Positions 55,219-64,000 of a stretch of 64,000 bases of DNA are shown here, piece by piece. The notes below the pieces were generated by a model that was not told the DNA's origin, did not search any database, and saw only the letters and a list, made by a program, of their open reading frames with translations. Source of the DNA: an uncultured Solirubrobacteraceae bacterium (GTDB lineage Bacteria > Actinomycetota > Thermoleophilia > Solirubrobacterales > Solirubrobacteraceae); NCBI GenBank assembly GCA_964588985.1, contig CAZPQW010000003.1:64001-128000 (forward strand). The letters run 5' to 3'. The position numbers and the translations under genes are program-made. Numbering within the stretch: the stretch's first letter is position 1; each line of letters opens with the position of its first letter.

Positions 55219-56466
55219 TCAGCTGTTCTCGCCGATTGGCGCGACGCTGCCTGCCGGCACGGCACTCGCCGCAGTCTCGGGGGTGCGGTAGAGGCGCACG
55301 CAATCGCGCCCCTCGGCCTTGCCCCGGTAGAGCGCGGTGTCGGCCTGGTTGATGAGGTCTTCCGCGTCCTGGCCGACCCAGCACGACACGCCGATCGTGA
55401 CCGTCAGCACGCACGATTCCGCCGCGGAGATGTCCAGGTCGCTCGAGGCGATGTGCGCGCGCAGGCGCTCGGCGACCATCGCGGCGCATTCGGCGTCGGC
55501 GCCGGGGAGCACCACGATGAACTCCTCCCCGCCCCACCGTCCGAGCACGTCCTCGATGCGCAGCGAGTCCGCGAGCCTCGCGGCCACGTGACGCAGCGCG
55601 CGATCGCCCGCCAGATGCCCGCGGCTGTCGTTGAACTCCTTGAAGCGATCGATGTCGACGAGCAGCAGCGCGAGATCGGCGTCGTGGCGCCGGGCCGCTC
55701 CGAGCGCCGCTCGCAGCGCCTCCTCGACGTGCCGGCGATTGTGGATCTCGGTCAGCGAGTCGATCCGGGCGACGCGGTCGAGCTCGCGGTTGAGTCTCGT
55801 CAGGCGCTGGCGGCTCGCGATCAGGCGGTCGAACATCGCAAGCGCCGCGAGCCCCAGCATCGCGAAGGCCGCGAACAGGATCCACGGCACCCACTGGGAC
55901 GGTCCTCGAATCGCCTGGAACACCAGGCTCGAGGGCGCCGTGAGCACCACGCGCCAGGGAGTGCCCGCGATCGGCCTGCTCGCAAACCACGATTCGCCAC
56001 GCGTGCGCGAGCTCACCGTGCCTTCGCTCGAGTGTCCCGCGGCGCGCGCGAGATCGGGGTCGATCGCCAGCAGGGCGCGCGCGGGCGTCTGCCCGGGGGC
56101 GTTGCTCACGATCACCGTCCCCGAGCGGTCGACGATGTAAGCGCCGGCACCCGAGAGCGGCACGACGCTCGCGAGATACCGCCCCAGTGGGGCCACCGCG
56201 CCGAGGACATCCGCCCGCGAGAGGGGATCGGCGTGCTGCCCGCCTTCTCGATGGGTGTGTTCCTGCAGGAAAGCGCCCGCGAAGCTCGCGGCGATCGAGG
56301 CGCGCAGCCCGAAGCGCTGCTCCACGCCGCGCTCGTTGTGAGACTGCGATTGCGCCAGCAGTAACGCCGGGGCGACCACGCACACCGCCCACAGGGCCAC
56401 GAGCGCGACGTTGCGCGTCCTTCTGGCCGTGAGAAGCCAGGCGCGTACGCCAGTGCTCGAGGTCAT
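55219..56466 (-). CDS. membrane sensor diguanylate cyclase
   Basis: Two TMs with an extracellular domain; DIDRFKEFND..GH..GD; RIED I-site; RWGGEEF. Confidence 0.92.
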   Translation of the reverse strand: MTSSTGVRAWLLTARRTRNVALVALWAVCVVAPALLLAQSQSHNERGVEQRFGLRASIAASFAGAFLQEHTHREGGQHADPLSRADVLGAVAPLGRYLASVVPLSGAGAYIVDRSGTVIVSNAPGQTPARALLAIDPDLARAAGHSSEGTVSSRTRGESWFASRPIAGTPWRVVLTAPSSLVFQAIRGPSQWVPWILFAAFAMLGLAALAMFDRLIASRQRLTRLNRELDRVARIDSLTEIHNRRHVEEALRAALGAARRHDADLALLLVDIDRFKEFNDSRGHLAGDRALRHVAARLADSLRIEDVLGRWGGEEFIVVLPGADAECAAMVAERLRAHIASSDLDISAAESCVLTVTIGVSCWVGQDAEDLINQADTALYRGKAEGRDCVRLYRTPETAASAVPAGSVAPIGENS

Positions 56467-56535
56467 GTCGAACCGCACGTGTTCATATCGGTCCAGGTAA
56501 TACCCACCTTGAGTCCGAAATCCGTGCAAAGTCGA

Positions 56536-57237
56536 CTAAATGGCCAGTTCTCGAGCGCGTGTGAGGACCGCGTCGATCATCTCCTCGGTGAGCCTGCCGG
56601 TGAACGTGTTCTGCTGGCTCGGGTGGTAGCAGCCGATCAGCCGGTAGCGCCCGAGGTCGAGCTCCGCTCCGTGACCGAAGCGCGGGCGCGGCCTCGGAAG
56701 CGCGCACTCCGGCCCGCCGATCTCCGCGACGAGGCGCAGCGCGGCGTCCCACGCGAACGCGCCGAGGCACACGATCGCCCGGACCTCGCTCAGCAGGCGC
56801 AGCTCGCGCACGCTCCACGGCAGGCAGGCGTCGCGCTCGGACGGCGCGGGCCGGTTCTGCGGCGGCGCGCAGCGGACCGCCGCGCTGATCCACGCGCCGC
56901 TCAGCTCGAGGCCGTCGTCGCGGTCGCGGGAGCTGGGCTGGTTGGCGAGACCCGCCCGCCACAGCGCTGCGTACAGGAAGTCCCCCGAGCGGTCGCCGGT
57001 GAACATCCGTCCGGTGCGGTTCGCGCCGTGGGCCGCCGGCGCGAGCCCCAGCAGCAGCAGTCGCGCGCGCGGGTCGCCGAACCCCGGGACGGGGCGGCCC
57101 CAGTAGCGCTCGTGCGCGAACGCCGCGCGTCGCTCGCGCGCCACCTGCTCGCGCCACTCGACCAGGCGCGGGCATTGTCGGCACGCTCCGATCTCCTCCG
57201 CTAGCGCCTGCAGTTCGGAACCGGCTTGCGATTGCAC
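56536..57237 (-). CDS. udgB: uracil-DNA glycosylase, family 5
   Basis: CRQCPRL Fe-S ligands; [19 protein letters not shown]; YHPSQQN. Confidence 0.92.
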   Translation of the reverse strand: MQSQAGSELQALAEEIGACRQCPRLVEWREQVARERRAAFAHERYWGRPVPGFGDPRARLLLLGLAPAAHGANRTGRMFTGDRSGDFLYAALWRAGLANQPSSRDRDDGLELSGAWISAAVRCAPPQNRPAPSERDACLPWSVRELRLLSEVRAIVCLGAFAWDAALRLVAEIGGPECALPRPRPRFGHGAELDLGRYRLIGCYHPSQQNTFTGRLTEEMIDAVLTRARELAI

Positions 57238-57263
57238 ACCGCAGTAGTACCATCGCGCGAACT

Positions 57264-57566
57264 ATGTCGCTGTGGGTGTGGATCCTGTTGCTGGCCGCCC
57301 TGATCAAGCTTCCGCTCGCCGGGCTGATGCTTTGGATCCCCTACCGCTACGACGAATCGACGATCCCGCCGGAGCCGACGGACTCCTCCGAAGAGGACGG
57401 CGGATCGAAGGCGCTCCCCGGAGGACCGCTCGACCCTCACCCGCGCGCGCCGCTGCCCCGCAAACCGCGGCGCGGGCCGCACGGCTCCCCCAGCCTGCCG
57501 CCTCCCGCGCGGGTGCGCACGACGGCGCGCAGCCGCAGCCGGCTCCCGGTGCGCGTCTCCCACTAG
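57264..57566 (+). CDS. small membrane protein with Pro/Arg-rich tail
   Basis: N-terminal TM (IKLPLAGLMLWIP) then acidic and Pro/Arg-rich segments. Confidence 0.6.
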   Translation: MSLWVWILLLAALIKLPLAGLMLWIPYRYDESTIPPEPTDSSEEDGGSKALPGGPLDPHPRAPLPRKPRRGPHGSPSLPPPARVRTTARSRSRLPVRVSH

Positions 57567-57590
57567 CGCTCGCCGCCCGACGCGCTCTGC

Positions 57591-58112
57591 TCAGCGCTTG
57601 GCGCGGCTGGTGTTGCGCTTGCGCGACTGGCGTGCGGCCTTGGCTTTGGCGCGTCGCTTCTGGAGCAGCAGGGCGCGCTCCTTCGCCGCACGGATCTCCC
57701 GCTCTTCGCTTTCGCCCTCCGTCGCCGGCGCCACCCTGCGCGCGTCGCGCGCGATCACGAAGCCGATGCCCAGGAGCAGCAGGATCGCCGCCCCGCCGGC
57801 GAGCAGGATCGTGCTTTTCGAGTTGGTCGTTTCGGTGGTTTTCGTCACACCGGTCGCGGTGGAGGCGGTCGAAGCCGTGCTGGACGTCGATTCGGGGGTT
57901 TCCGAGGACCCTTTGAGCGCTTCGCTGAACGCGCCCGGGTTGGGCGTGGCCGCCGTACCCGTGGTGCTCGTCGTGATGCTCGGCTTGCTCGCGGCGGCGG
58001 CGCTCGCGCTCGACGCGACGGACATCGCGAGCAGCAGCACGGCCACCGTCAGAGACAGCAGACGCAGTCCCGCGCGCGACCCCGACGATGCCAATGGCGA
58101 CGAACCCCTCAC
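57591..58112 (-). CDS. hypothetical membrane-anchored Ser/Thr-rich protein
   Basis: Signal-like segment, S/T linker, TM, IARDARRVAP, basic tail KAARQSRKRN; start uncertain. Confidence 0.65.
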   Translation of the reverse strand: MRGSSPLASSGSRAGLRLLSLTVAVLLLAMSVASSASAAAASKPSITTSTTGTAATPNPGAFSEALKGSSETPESTSSTASTASTATGVTKTTETTNSKSTILLAGGAAILLLLGIGFVIARDARRVAPATEGESEEREIRAAKERALLLQKRRAKAKAARQSRKRNTSRAKR

Positions 58113-58211
58113 GCGGCGAGCATACCGGCTGGGCGGTCTCGGTTCGAACGCGCGCACGCCGCATTCGCGAGCATCCGCGCCGCGGGCGCTCAAACCATAG
58201 AATGGCCGCCG

Positions 58212-58805
58212 ATGGCACCCAAACAACGTCAGGTCAAGATGGAGCAGCGCGGCGCCTTCGAGGCGATCCAGGCGCTGGAGCAGCGCAGCGACGAGGAGCT
58301 GGAGGCCGAGACCAAGTTCAAGTCCGCCGCGATGGCGATCCTCGGCGCGCGCGCGTCGGAGCGCTTCGACGCGGAGGCCGCACGCGGCTACTTCCAGCGC
58401 GCGATCGCGGCCGCCCGCCCGCAGGAGCGGATGCAGATCAGGCGCATGGCGGACGCCTCGCTCGCGCTCGCCGAACGGCGCGCCGGAGACCTCAAGCAGG
58501 CGGTCGAGCGCCTCGGTCAGGCGCCGCCGAGCGGGCGCCAGATGTTCGCGCTGCGCGCGATGGGCCTGCTCATCCCTCCCTCCTCCGCTGGCATCCTCGT
58601 GCGGATCCGCGGCGTGCTGCTGATCATCGCGCTGATCCTCGTGCTGCTCGCGATCGGCCTCGGCGTCGTCGAGCTCGTGTCGCTGCCGTTCGGCGGCCTC
58701 GGCCTCGCGCCCGGCATCCTGCTGGGACTGTTCGTGATGATCGCCGCGCTCGCGATCGTCGCCGCGATCGGCCGACGCCGGCGCGACAAAGCCCGCGCTG
58801 GCTGA
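58212..58805 (+). CDS. hypothetical membrane protein
   Basis: Helical N-terminus, two C-terminal TMs, host codon usage. Confidence 0.7.
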   Translation: MAPKQRQVKMEQRGAFEAIQALEQRSDEELEAETKFKSAAMAILGARASERFDAEAARGYFQRAIAAARPQERMQIRRMADASLALAERRAGDLKQAVERLGQAPPSGRQMFALRAMGLLIPPSSAGILVRIRGVLLIIALILVLLAIGLGVVELVSLPFGGLGLAPGILLGLFVMIAALAIVAAIGRRRRDKARAG

Positions 58806-58865
58806 AGACGGCGCAAGCCCGCGAGCAGACCAGCTGATCCCCGCCCTCGCGACTAGGCTAGGCGC

Positions 58866-59819
58866 ATGCCAGCGCCCGTGTGTCTGATAGTGAACCCCGC
58901 CGCCGGAGGCGGTAAGGCCGGCCGGCTCGCGCCCGCCGTGGAGAGCGAGCTGCGCAGGCTCGGGCTGACGGTGCGCCGCGAGGACACCACGCACCTCGAG
59001 CACGCCCGCGAGCTGGGGCTCGAAGCGGCTCAGGCCGGTGAGACGGTGGTGGCGCTGAGCGGCGACGGCATGCTCGGAGTGCTCGCGGACGCGCTGCGCG
59101 CCGTGCCGGGGGCGACGCTGGGCGTGCTGCCGGGCGGGCGCGGCAACGACTTCGCGCGCGTGCTCGGCATCCCCGACGACGCGGTCGCGGCGTGCGCCAC
59201 GGTCGCGGCGGGCGTGGCGCGAGAGGTCGACCTGGGCCTCGTCACGACCGGCGCGGACCACGATGCGGGCGGCGTGGCGTTCGTGGGGATCGCGTCGTGC
59301 GGCTTCGACAGCGACGCCAACCGGATCGCCAACGAAGCGCCGGCGTGGCTGGGTGGGCTGGTGTATGCGTACGGGGCTCTGCGCGCGCTGATCTCCTGGC
59401 GCCCGGCGCGCTTCGAGATCGAGCTGCAGCCGCAGGGCGAGCGCCACTCCTTCAGCGGCTACACCGTCGCGGCGGCGAACTCGAAGGCCTACGGCGGCGG
59501 GATGCACATGGCGCCCGACGCGCTGCTCGACGACGGGCTGCTCGAGGTGGTGGTGGTCGAGCGGGTGGGCAAGCTGCGCTTCGTGGCGAACCTGCCGAAG
59601 GTGTTCAAGGGAGATCACGTCAAGCAGCCGTCGGTGCGGGTGTTCCGCGCGCGGGAGATCGCGGTGAGCGCGGACCGGCCGTTCACGATGTACGCGGACG
59701 GCGACCCGATCGGCGAGCTGCCGCTGCGGGTGAGCGCCCTGCCGGGCGCGGTGCGGATGCTCGTGCCGGCCGGCGGCGAGGCCGACGGGGCGTTCGCGAC
59801 GCCGACGGGCGCGAGCTGA
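58866..59819 (+). CDS. diacylglycerol kinase family lipid kinase
   Basis: IVNPAAG, SGDG, PGGRGNDFAR, YGGGM, DDGLLE, DGD. Confidence 0.92.
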   Translation: MPAPVCLIVNPAAGGGKAGRLAPAVESELRRLGLTVRREDTTHLEHARELGLEAAQAGETVVALSGDGMLGVLADALRAVPGATLGVLPGGRGNDFARVLGIPDDAVAACATVAAGVAREVDLGLVTTGADHDAGGVAFVGIASCGFDSDANRIANEAPAWLGGLVYAYGALRALISWRPARFEIELQPQGERHSFSGYTVAAANSKAYGGGMHMAPDALLDDGLLEVVVVERVGKLRFVANLPKVFKGDHVKQPSVRVFRAREIAVSADRPFTMYADGDPIGELPLRVSALPGAVRMLVPAGGEADGAFATPTGAS

Positions 59820-61192
59820 TGGCGGGCACGCTCGCGGTGAGGCTCGCGCGCGGCGTGGGCGCGCTCTCGCGGATGCGCGGCGGCGGCGCGACGAGCGCCC
59901 CGGGGAAGGTGCTGATGCGCCTCGCTCCCGATGCGATCGGCGATCTCGGCGGACGGCTGGAGCGCGGCAGCGTGCTGATCTCGGCGACGAACGGCAAGAC
60001 GACCACCGCGGCGCTCACCGCGTCGATCCTGCGGCACGCGGGCATACCGCTGGTGCACAACCAGGCGGGCGCGAACATGGCGGGCGGGATCGCGACGAGC
60101 CTGCTCGATGCGGCTCGCCCCCACGGGCGGATGGCGGGCGAGCTGGGGCTGTTCGAGGTCGACGAGCTGTGGCTGTCATCGCTCGCCGCCCAGCTGCGCC
60201 CCCGCGCGATCCTGCTGGGGAACCTGTTCCGCGACCAGCTCGACCGCTACGGCGAGCTCGACACGATCGCCGAGAGCTGGGAGCGCGTGCTGGGCGAGCG
60301 CGACACGCAGCTGGTGCTCAACGCGGACGACCCGCTGCTGGCGGACCTCGGACGCGAGCACCCGGGCGCGGTGTTCTTCGGCGTGGAGGACGACACGCTC
60401 GCGCTGGCGGGGATGGCGCACGCGGCCGACGCGAAGCACTGCCGCCGCTGCGGAGCGCCGTATGTGTTCGACGCGGTGTACCTCGGACACCTCGGGCACT
60501 ACCACTGCGACAGCTGCGGCCAGGCCCGTCCCCTCCCCTCCGTGACGGCGACCGACTTGAAGCTCGAAGGCGTGCGCTCGGCGCGCTTCACGCTCCACAC
60601 CCCCGCGGGCGAGTCGGTCGTGTCGCTGGCGCTGCCGGGCCTCTACAACGTCTACAACGCGCTCGCCGCGGCCGCCCTCGCGACGGCGCTGGAGATCCCG
60701 CTCGAGACGATCGCGGCGGGCCTCACCGCGACGCAGGCGGCGTTCGGGCGCGCGGAGGCAGTGACGCTGTCAGGCGGTCGCGAGCTGCGGATCCTGCTGG
60801 TGAAGAACCCTGCGGGCGCGAACGAGGTGCTGCGCACGCTCGCGCTCGAGCCGGGCGAGCACGACCTGCTGGGGGTGCTCAACGACCAGATCGCGGACGG
60901 GCGCGACGTGTCGTGGATCTGGGACGCGGACTTCGAGCTGCTGGCGGGGCGCGTGCGCGTGGCGACGTGCAGCGGCAGCCGCGCGGCGGATCTGGCGACG
61001 CGCCTGAAGTACGCGGGGATCGACCCGGCGCGCATCCGCGTGGAGCCCAACCTCGAGATGGCGCTGCAAGAGGCGAGCGCCGACCGGCCCGAGGACGGCG
61101 CGCCGCTTTACGCGCTGCCGACGTACACGGCAATGCTCGCGCTGCGCGAGCTGCTCGTGGCGCGCGGGGAGGCGAGCAGCGCATGGGCCTAG
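59819..61192 (+). CDS. murT: lipid II isoglutaminyl synthase subunit MurT
   Basis: ATNGKTTT, NLFRDQLDRYGE, Cys4 Zn finger, LVKNPAG, DVSWIWD, PTYTAML. Confidence 0.92.
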   Translation: MAGTLAVRLARGVGALSRMRGGGATSAPGKVLMRLAPDAIGDLGGRLERGSVLISATNGKTTTAALTASILRHAGIPLVHNQAGANMAGGIATSLLDAARPHGRMAGELGLFEVDELWLSSLAAQLRPRAILLGNLFRDQLDRYGELDTIAESWERVLGERDTQLVLNADDPLLADLGREHPGAVFFGVEDDTLALAGMAHAADAKHCRRCGAPYVFDAVYLGHLGHYHCDSCGQARPLPSVTATDLKLEGVRSARFTLHTPAGESVVSLALPGLYNVYNALAAAALATALEIPLETIAAGLTATQAAFGRAEAVTLSGGRELRILLVKNPAGANEVLRTLALEPGEHDLLGVLNDQIADGRDVSWIWDADFELLAGRVRVATCSGSRAADLATRLKYAGIDPARIRVEPNLEMALQEASADRPEDGAPLYALPTYTAMLALRELLVARGEASSAWA

Positions 61193-62001
61193 CGACCCGG
61201 GTCGAGCCCGCCGAAGGCGCTCCCGCGGCGGCGGTCGTGTGGCACGACCTCGAGTGCGGCCACTACCTCGCCGACCAGCCGCTGTGGCGCGAGCTGGCCG
61301 AACACGCGCGCGTCGATGCGCCGGGCGCACGAATCCTGGACGTGGGCGCGGGCACCGGCCGGGTGGCGCTCGACCTCGCGCGCGCGGGCCACGCGGTGAC
61401 GGCGCTCGACCTCGACGCGGAGCTGCTCGGGGCCCTCGACCAGCGCTCCGCCTCCGAGACGCTGACGATCGAGACGGTATGCGCGGATGCGCGCAGCTTC
61501 GCTCTGGGCGGCGATGGCTTCGCGCTGTGCATCGCACCGATGCAGACGGTGCAGCTGCTCGGCGGCTCGGCCGGACGCGTCGCGTTCCTCGAACGCGCAC
61601 GCGCCCACCTGCTGCCGGGCGCGCTGGTGGCGTGCGCGATCGTCACCGAGATCGAGCCGTTCGACTGCGCCGCCGGTGACCTCGGGCCGTCCCCCGAGGT
61701 GGCACGGATCGACGACGTCGAATACGTCAGTCACGCGGTGCGCGTGGAGCTGCACGGACGTGGCTTTCGCATCGAACGCGAGCGGACAATCACGCAGATC
61801 GATAGATCCTCCCGAGTGGCCACGCCCAAGCGAGCCGTCCACGCACCCGAACGGGAGCGCGATGTGATCGATCTCGACCACGTGAGCGCGCGGGAGCTGA
61901 AGCGCGAGGGACTCGAGGCGGGACTGTCGTATGTGGGCGTTCGCGAGATTCCGGCGACCGATGACCACGTGGGCAGCGCCGTGGTGATGCTGGGTGCCTG
62001 A
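61183..62001 (+). CDS. class I SAM-dependent methyltransferase
   Basis: WHDLECG; ILDVGAGTGRV; overlaps murT and gatD. Confidence 0.85.
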   Translation: MGLATRVEPAEGAPAAAVVWHDLECGHYLADQPLWRELAEHARVDAPGARILDVGAGTGRVALDLARAGHAVTALDLDAELLGALDQRSASETLTIETVCADARSFALGGDGFALCIAPMQTVQLLGGSAGRVAFLERARAHLLPGALVACAIVTEIEPFDCAAGDLGPSPEVARIDDVEYVSHAVRVELHGRGFRIERERTITQIDRSSRVATPKRAVHAPERERDVIDLDHVSARELKREGLEAGLSYVGVREIPATDDHVGSAVVMLGA

Positions 62002-62779
62002 GCGGATTGCCGACGTGTCCGCGGCGCTCCCCCGCCCCAGAGCGCTGCGCGTGTGCGCGCTGTACCCGGACCTGATGAACATCTACGCCGACCGCGGCAA
62101 CCTGCTCGTGCTGGAGCGGCGCTGCGCGTGGCGCGGGATCCCCTTCGAGCTGTCCTCCAGCGGTCTCGGCGAGCATCTCGACGCTGACGCGCACGACCTG
62201 TTCTACATCGGCGGCGGGCAGGACCGCGACCAGGAGCTGTGCGCGGAGGACCTGATCGCGACCAAGCGCGCGGGCCTGCACGCGGCGGCGGCGCGCGGCG
62301 CGACGATCCTCGGCGTGTGCGGCGGCTACCAGCTGCTCGGCCACTCCTACACGCTCGGCGAGGAGGAGATCCCCGGCGTTGGGCTGCTCGACGTGCGCAC
62401 CGTGCGCGAGGACGGGTCGCGGCTGATCGGCAACGTCGCCATCGAGGTGTCACTGGACGGGGACGCCGAGCGGCCGCGGGTGCTGGCGGGCTTCGAGAAC
62501 CACGGCGGGCGCACCCAGCTCGGCGACGGACAGGCTCCGCTTGGGCGTGTGCTGAAGGGGTACGGCAACGACGGGCGCAGCGGACAGGAGGGCGCGATCA
62601 CGGCGAACACGATCGGCACCTACCTCCACGGCCCGCTGCTGCCGAAGAACGTGTGGTTCGCAGATTGGCTGATCGCGCGGGCGCTCGGCACCGGGGCCGG
62701 CGAGCTGGCGCCGCTGGATGACGAGCTCGAGCGCGAGACGCACGCGAGCGCGCGCCAGGCGGCGGGGCTGTCCGCCTGA
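61994..62779 (+). CDS. gatD: glutamine amidotransferase subunit GatD
   Basis: LYPDLMNIYADRGN, GGGQD, VCGGYQLLG, GFENHGG, TYLHGPLLPKN. Confidence 0.92.
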   Translation: MPERIADVSAALPRPRALRVCALYPDLMNIYADRGNLLVLERRCAWRGIPFELSSSGLGEHLDADAHDLFYIGGGQDRDQELCAEDLIATKRAGLHAAAARGATILGVCGGYQLLGHSYTLGEEEIPGVGLLDVRTVREDGSRLIGNVAIEVSLDGDAERPRVLAGFENHGGRTQLGDGQAPLGRVLKGYGNDGRSGQEGAITANTIGTYLHGPLLPKNVWFADWLIARALGTGAGELAPLDDELERETHASARQAAGLSA

Positions 62780-62805
62780 CGCGCACGCTGCTCACGGCAT
62801 GAGCG

Positions 62806-63375
62806 TCATTTCCATTCGACCGATCCGGCTCCACTGGCGAGTGCGAGCCACCACACGTCTTCGACCGTGCCTTTGCTTTCTTCCGCGTATTCGCAGGTTG
62901 CGCCCGTGCCAAAAGACGTCATGCTCGTCACAAACCACGTCATCGCGACCGCATTGCCCATCTGTGTGTATTTCATCGACGAAAGGTGCTGGTTTTTCGA
63001 CGACGGCCATGTCATCAAGCACCCGGTGGCTTTCAGCGTCATCGTACGCACGAGGCTGACGCTGCCTTCGGCGTTGAACTCGTATTGCGCCGGCGAGAGC
63101 GTGGCGGCGAGGCCGAAGGCTTTGCAGCCGGAGTACTGCACGGTAAAAGCGGTCGTTTTGGCGGATAACGCCGCTTCCCCCGCGGTCAACTTTTGAACCG
63201 AGCATTCGATCGTGCCAGATTTGTTCACGAGCCTGAGGTTGATTAACGGTTTCAGCGTGAGTAAGCCCATCGCCGTGGCGCTGAATTCGTGCGCACCGGC
63301 CACGGGCATGGTCGTCGAGACGATCGCGCACACCATGACCGCGATGGTGGTAAGTGTTAGCCTGACGTGTGTCAC
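62806..63375 (-). CDS. secreted small-subunit paralogue
   Basis: AAAGGA RBS; signal peptide; YSGCKAFGLAATLSPAQYEFNAEGSV; CEYAEESKGT; ends GSVEWK. Confidence 0.85.
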   Translation of the reverse strand: MTHVRLTLTTIAVMVCAIVSTTMPVAGAHEFSATAMGLLTLKPLINLRLVNKSGTIECSVQKLTAGEAALSAKTTAFTVQYSGCKAFGLAATLSPAQYEFNAEGSVSLVRTMTLKATGCLMTWPSSKNQHLSSMKYTQMGNAVAMTWFVTSMTSFGTGATCEYAEESKGTVEDVWWLALASGAGSVEWK

Positions 63376-63624
63376 TGCTCATTGTCCTTTGTGAGGGGAT
63401 AGGAACAGCGTGTATAACATCCGACAACGGATGCGTACAGCACGCCGCGACCCGCCGGTCCACAGCCTCGCGTTCACGACGGCCAATCCGCTCGGTACAA
63501 GGGCTTTCACGGCGTGGGCGAGCGAGGACGCAATGCGTCGCGATTGGGAAACGTTCCCAACTGACTCCTATGTACGATCCCGGCTCCAGACGTCCTCCAG
63601 CGTGAGGCCCACACGAACGCGCGG

Positions 63625-63657
63625 CGGGCCGCGAGGATCCAACCCCGCGGCCCGCGC
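63625..63657 (-). terminator. GC-rich hairpin between tandem paralogues
   Basis: GCGGGCCGCG..CGCGGCCCGC just downstream of the 63664 stop. Confidence 0.5.
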
Positions 63658-63663
63658 GATGCG

Positions 63664-64000
63664 CTATTTCCATTCGACCGATCCGACTCCGCTCGCGAGA
63701 CCCAGTAAAGCGGTGTCTAAGAACGTACCTTTGCTTTCTTCGGCGTATGAGCAGGATGCACCTTCGCCTAACGACGTGATTGCGGCGAGATTCTCTTCCT
63801 CCACGATTTCTTTGCCCCTCTGTGAATATTTCACAGTTCCGAGATTTTGGTTTTTCGACGACGGGAAGGTGACAAGACACCCAATCGCTTTGGCTGTGGT
63901 GGTGTGCACGAGGCTTGCGGTTCCGTCGGCGTTGAGTTCATATCTCGCTGGCGACAGCGTCGCCGACAGGCCAAAAGCCTTGCATCCCGAGTATTCGACA
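63664..64000 (-). CDS. secreted small-subunit paralogue (5' end outside the window)
   Basis: Frame open to the window edge: VEYSGCKAFGLSATLSPARYELNADGTA...CSYAEESKGT..GSVEWK. Confidence 0.85.
   Translation of the reverse strand, partial: VEYSGCKAFGLSATLSPARYELNADGTASLVHTTTAKAIGCLVTFPSSKNQNLGTVKYSQRGKEIVEEENLAAITSLGEGASCSYAEESKGTFLDTALLGLASGVGSVEWK

Overview
High-GC bacterial chromosomal window. Gene families and signal-peptide styles suggest Actinomycetota, Thermoleophilia/Solirubrobacterales (inference). The backbone carries dinB, ccdA, an RpoD-like sigma factor, metal transporters with an MntR/DtxR regulator, zwf, ohr, udgB, murT/gatD and hydrolases, interspersed with several toxin-antitoxin-like pairs. 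Two things stand out. (1) A repeated, apparently uncharacterised secreted system: a three-gene cassette (small Cys-containing beta-rich protein + beta-propeller protein with a basic Cys-Cys tail + ~1100-aa protein built of four Cys-linked repeats) occurs twice (4.6-11.1 kb and 40.6-47.0 kb). There are three more small-subunit paralogues, a Gly-rich fusion to a similar domain, a shared promoter signature and a conserved 5' leader motif; this is a candidate sortase-independent filament/surface system. (2) A ~3.1-kb IS1-family cargo element (47368-50497) with clear terminal inverted repeats, a 6-bp flanking duplication, an abutting IRR-IRL junction and passenger genes (SDH-type protease, KGG-like protein, two small winged-helix proteins). 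No rRNA, tRNA or CRISPR array was seen. All calls are by eye from sequence motifs; no database search was run.
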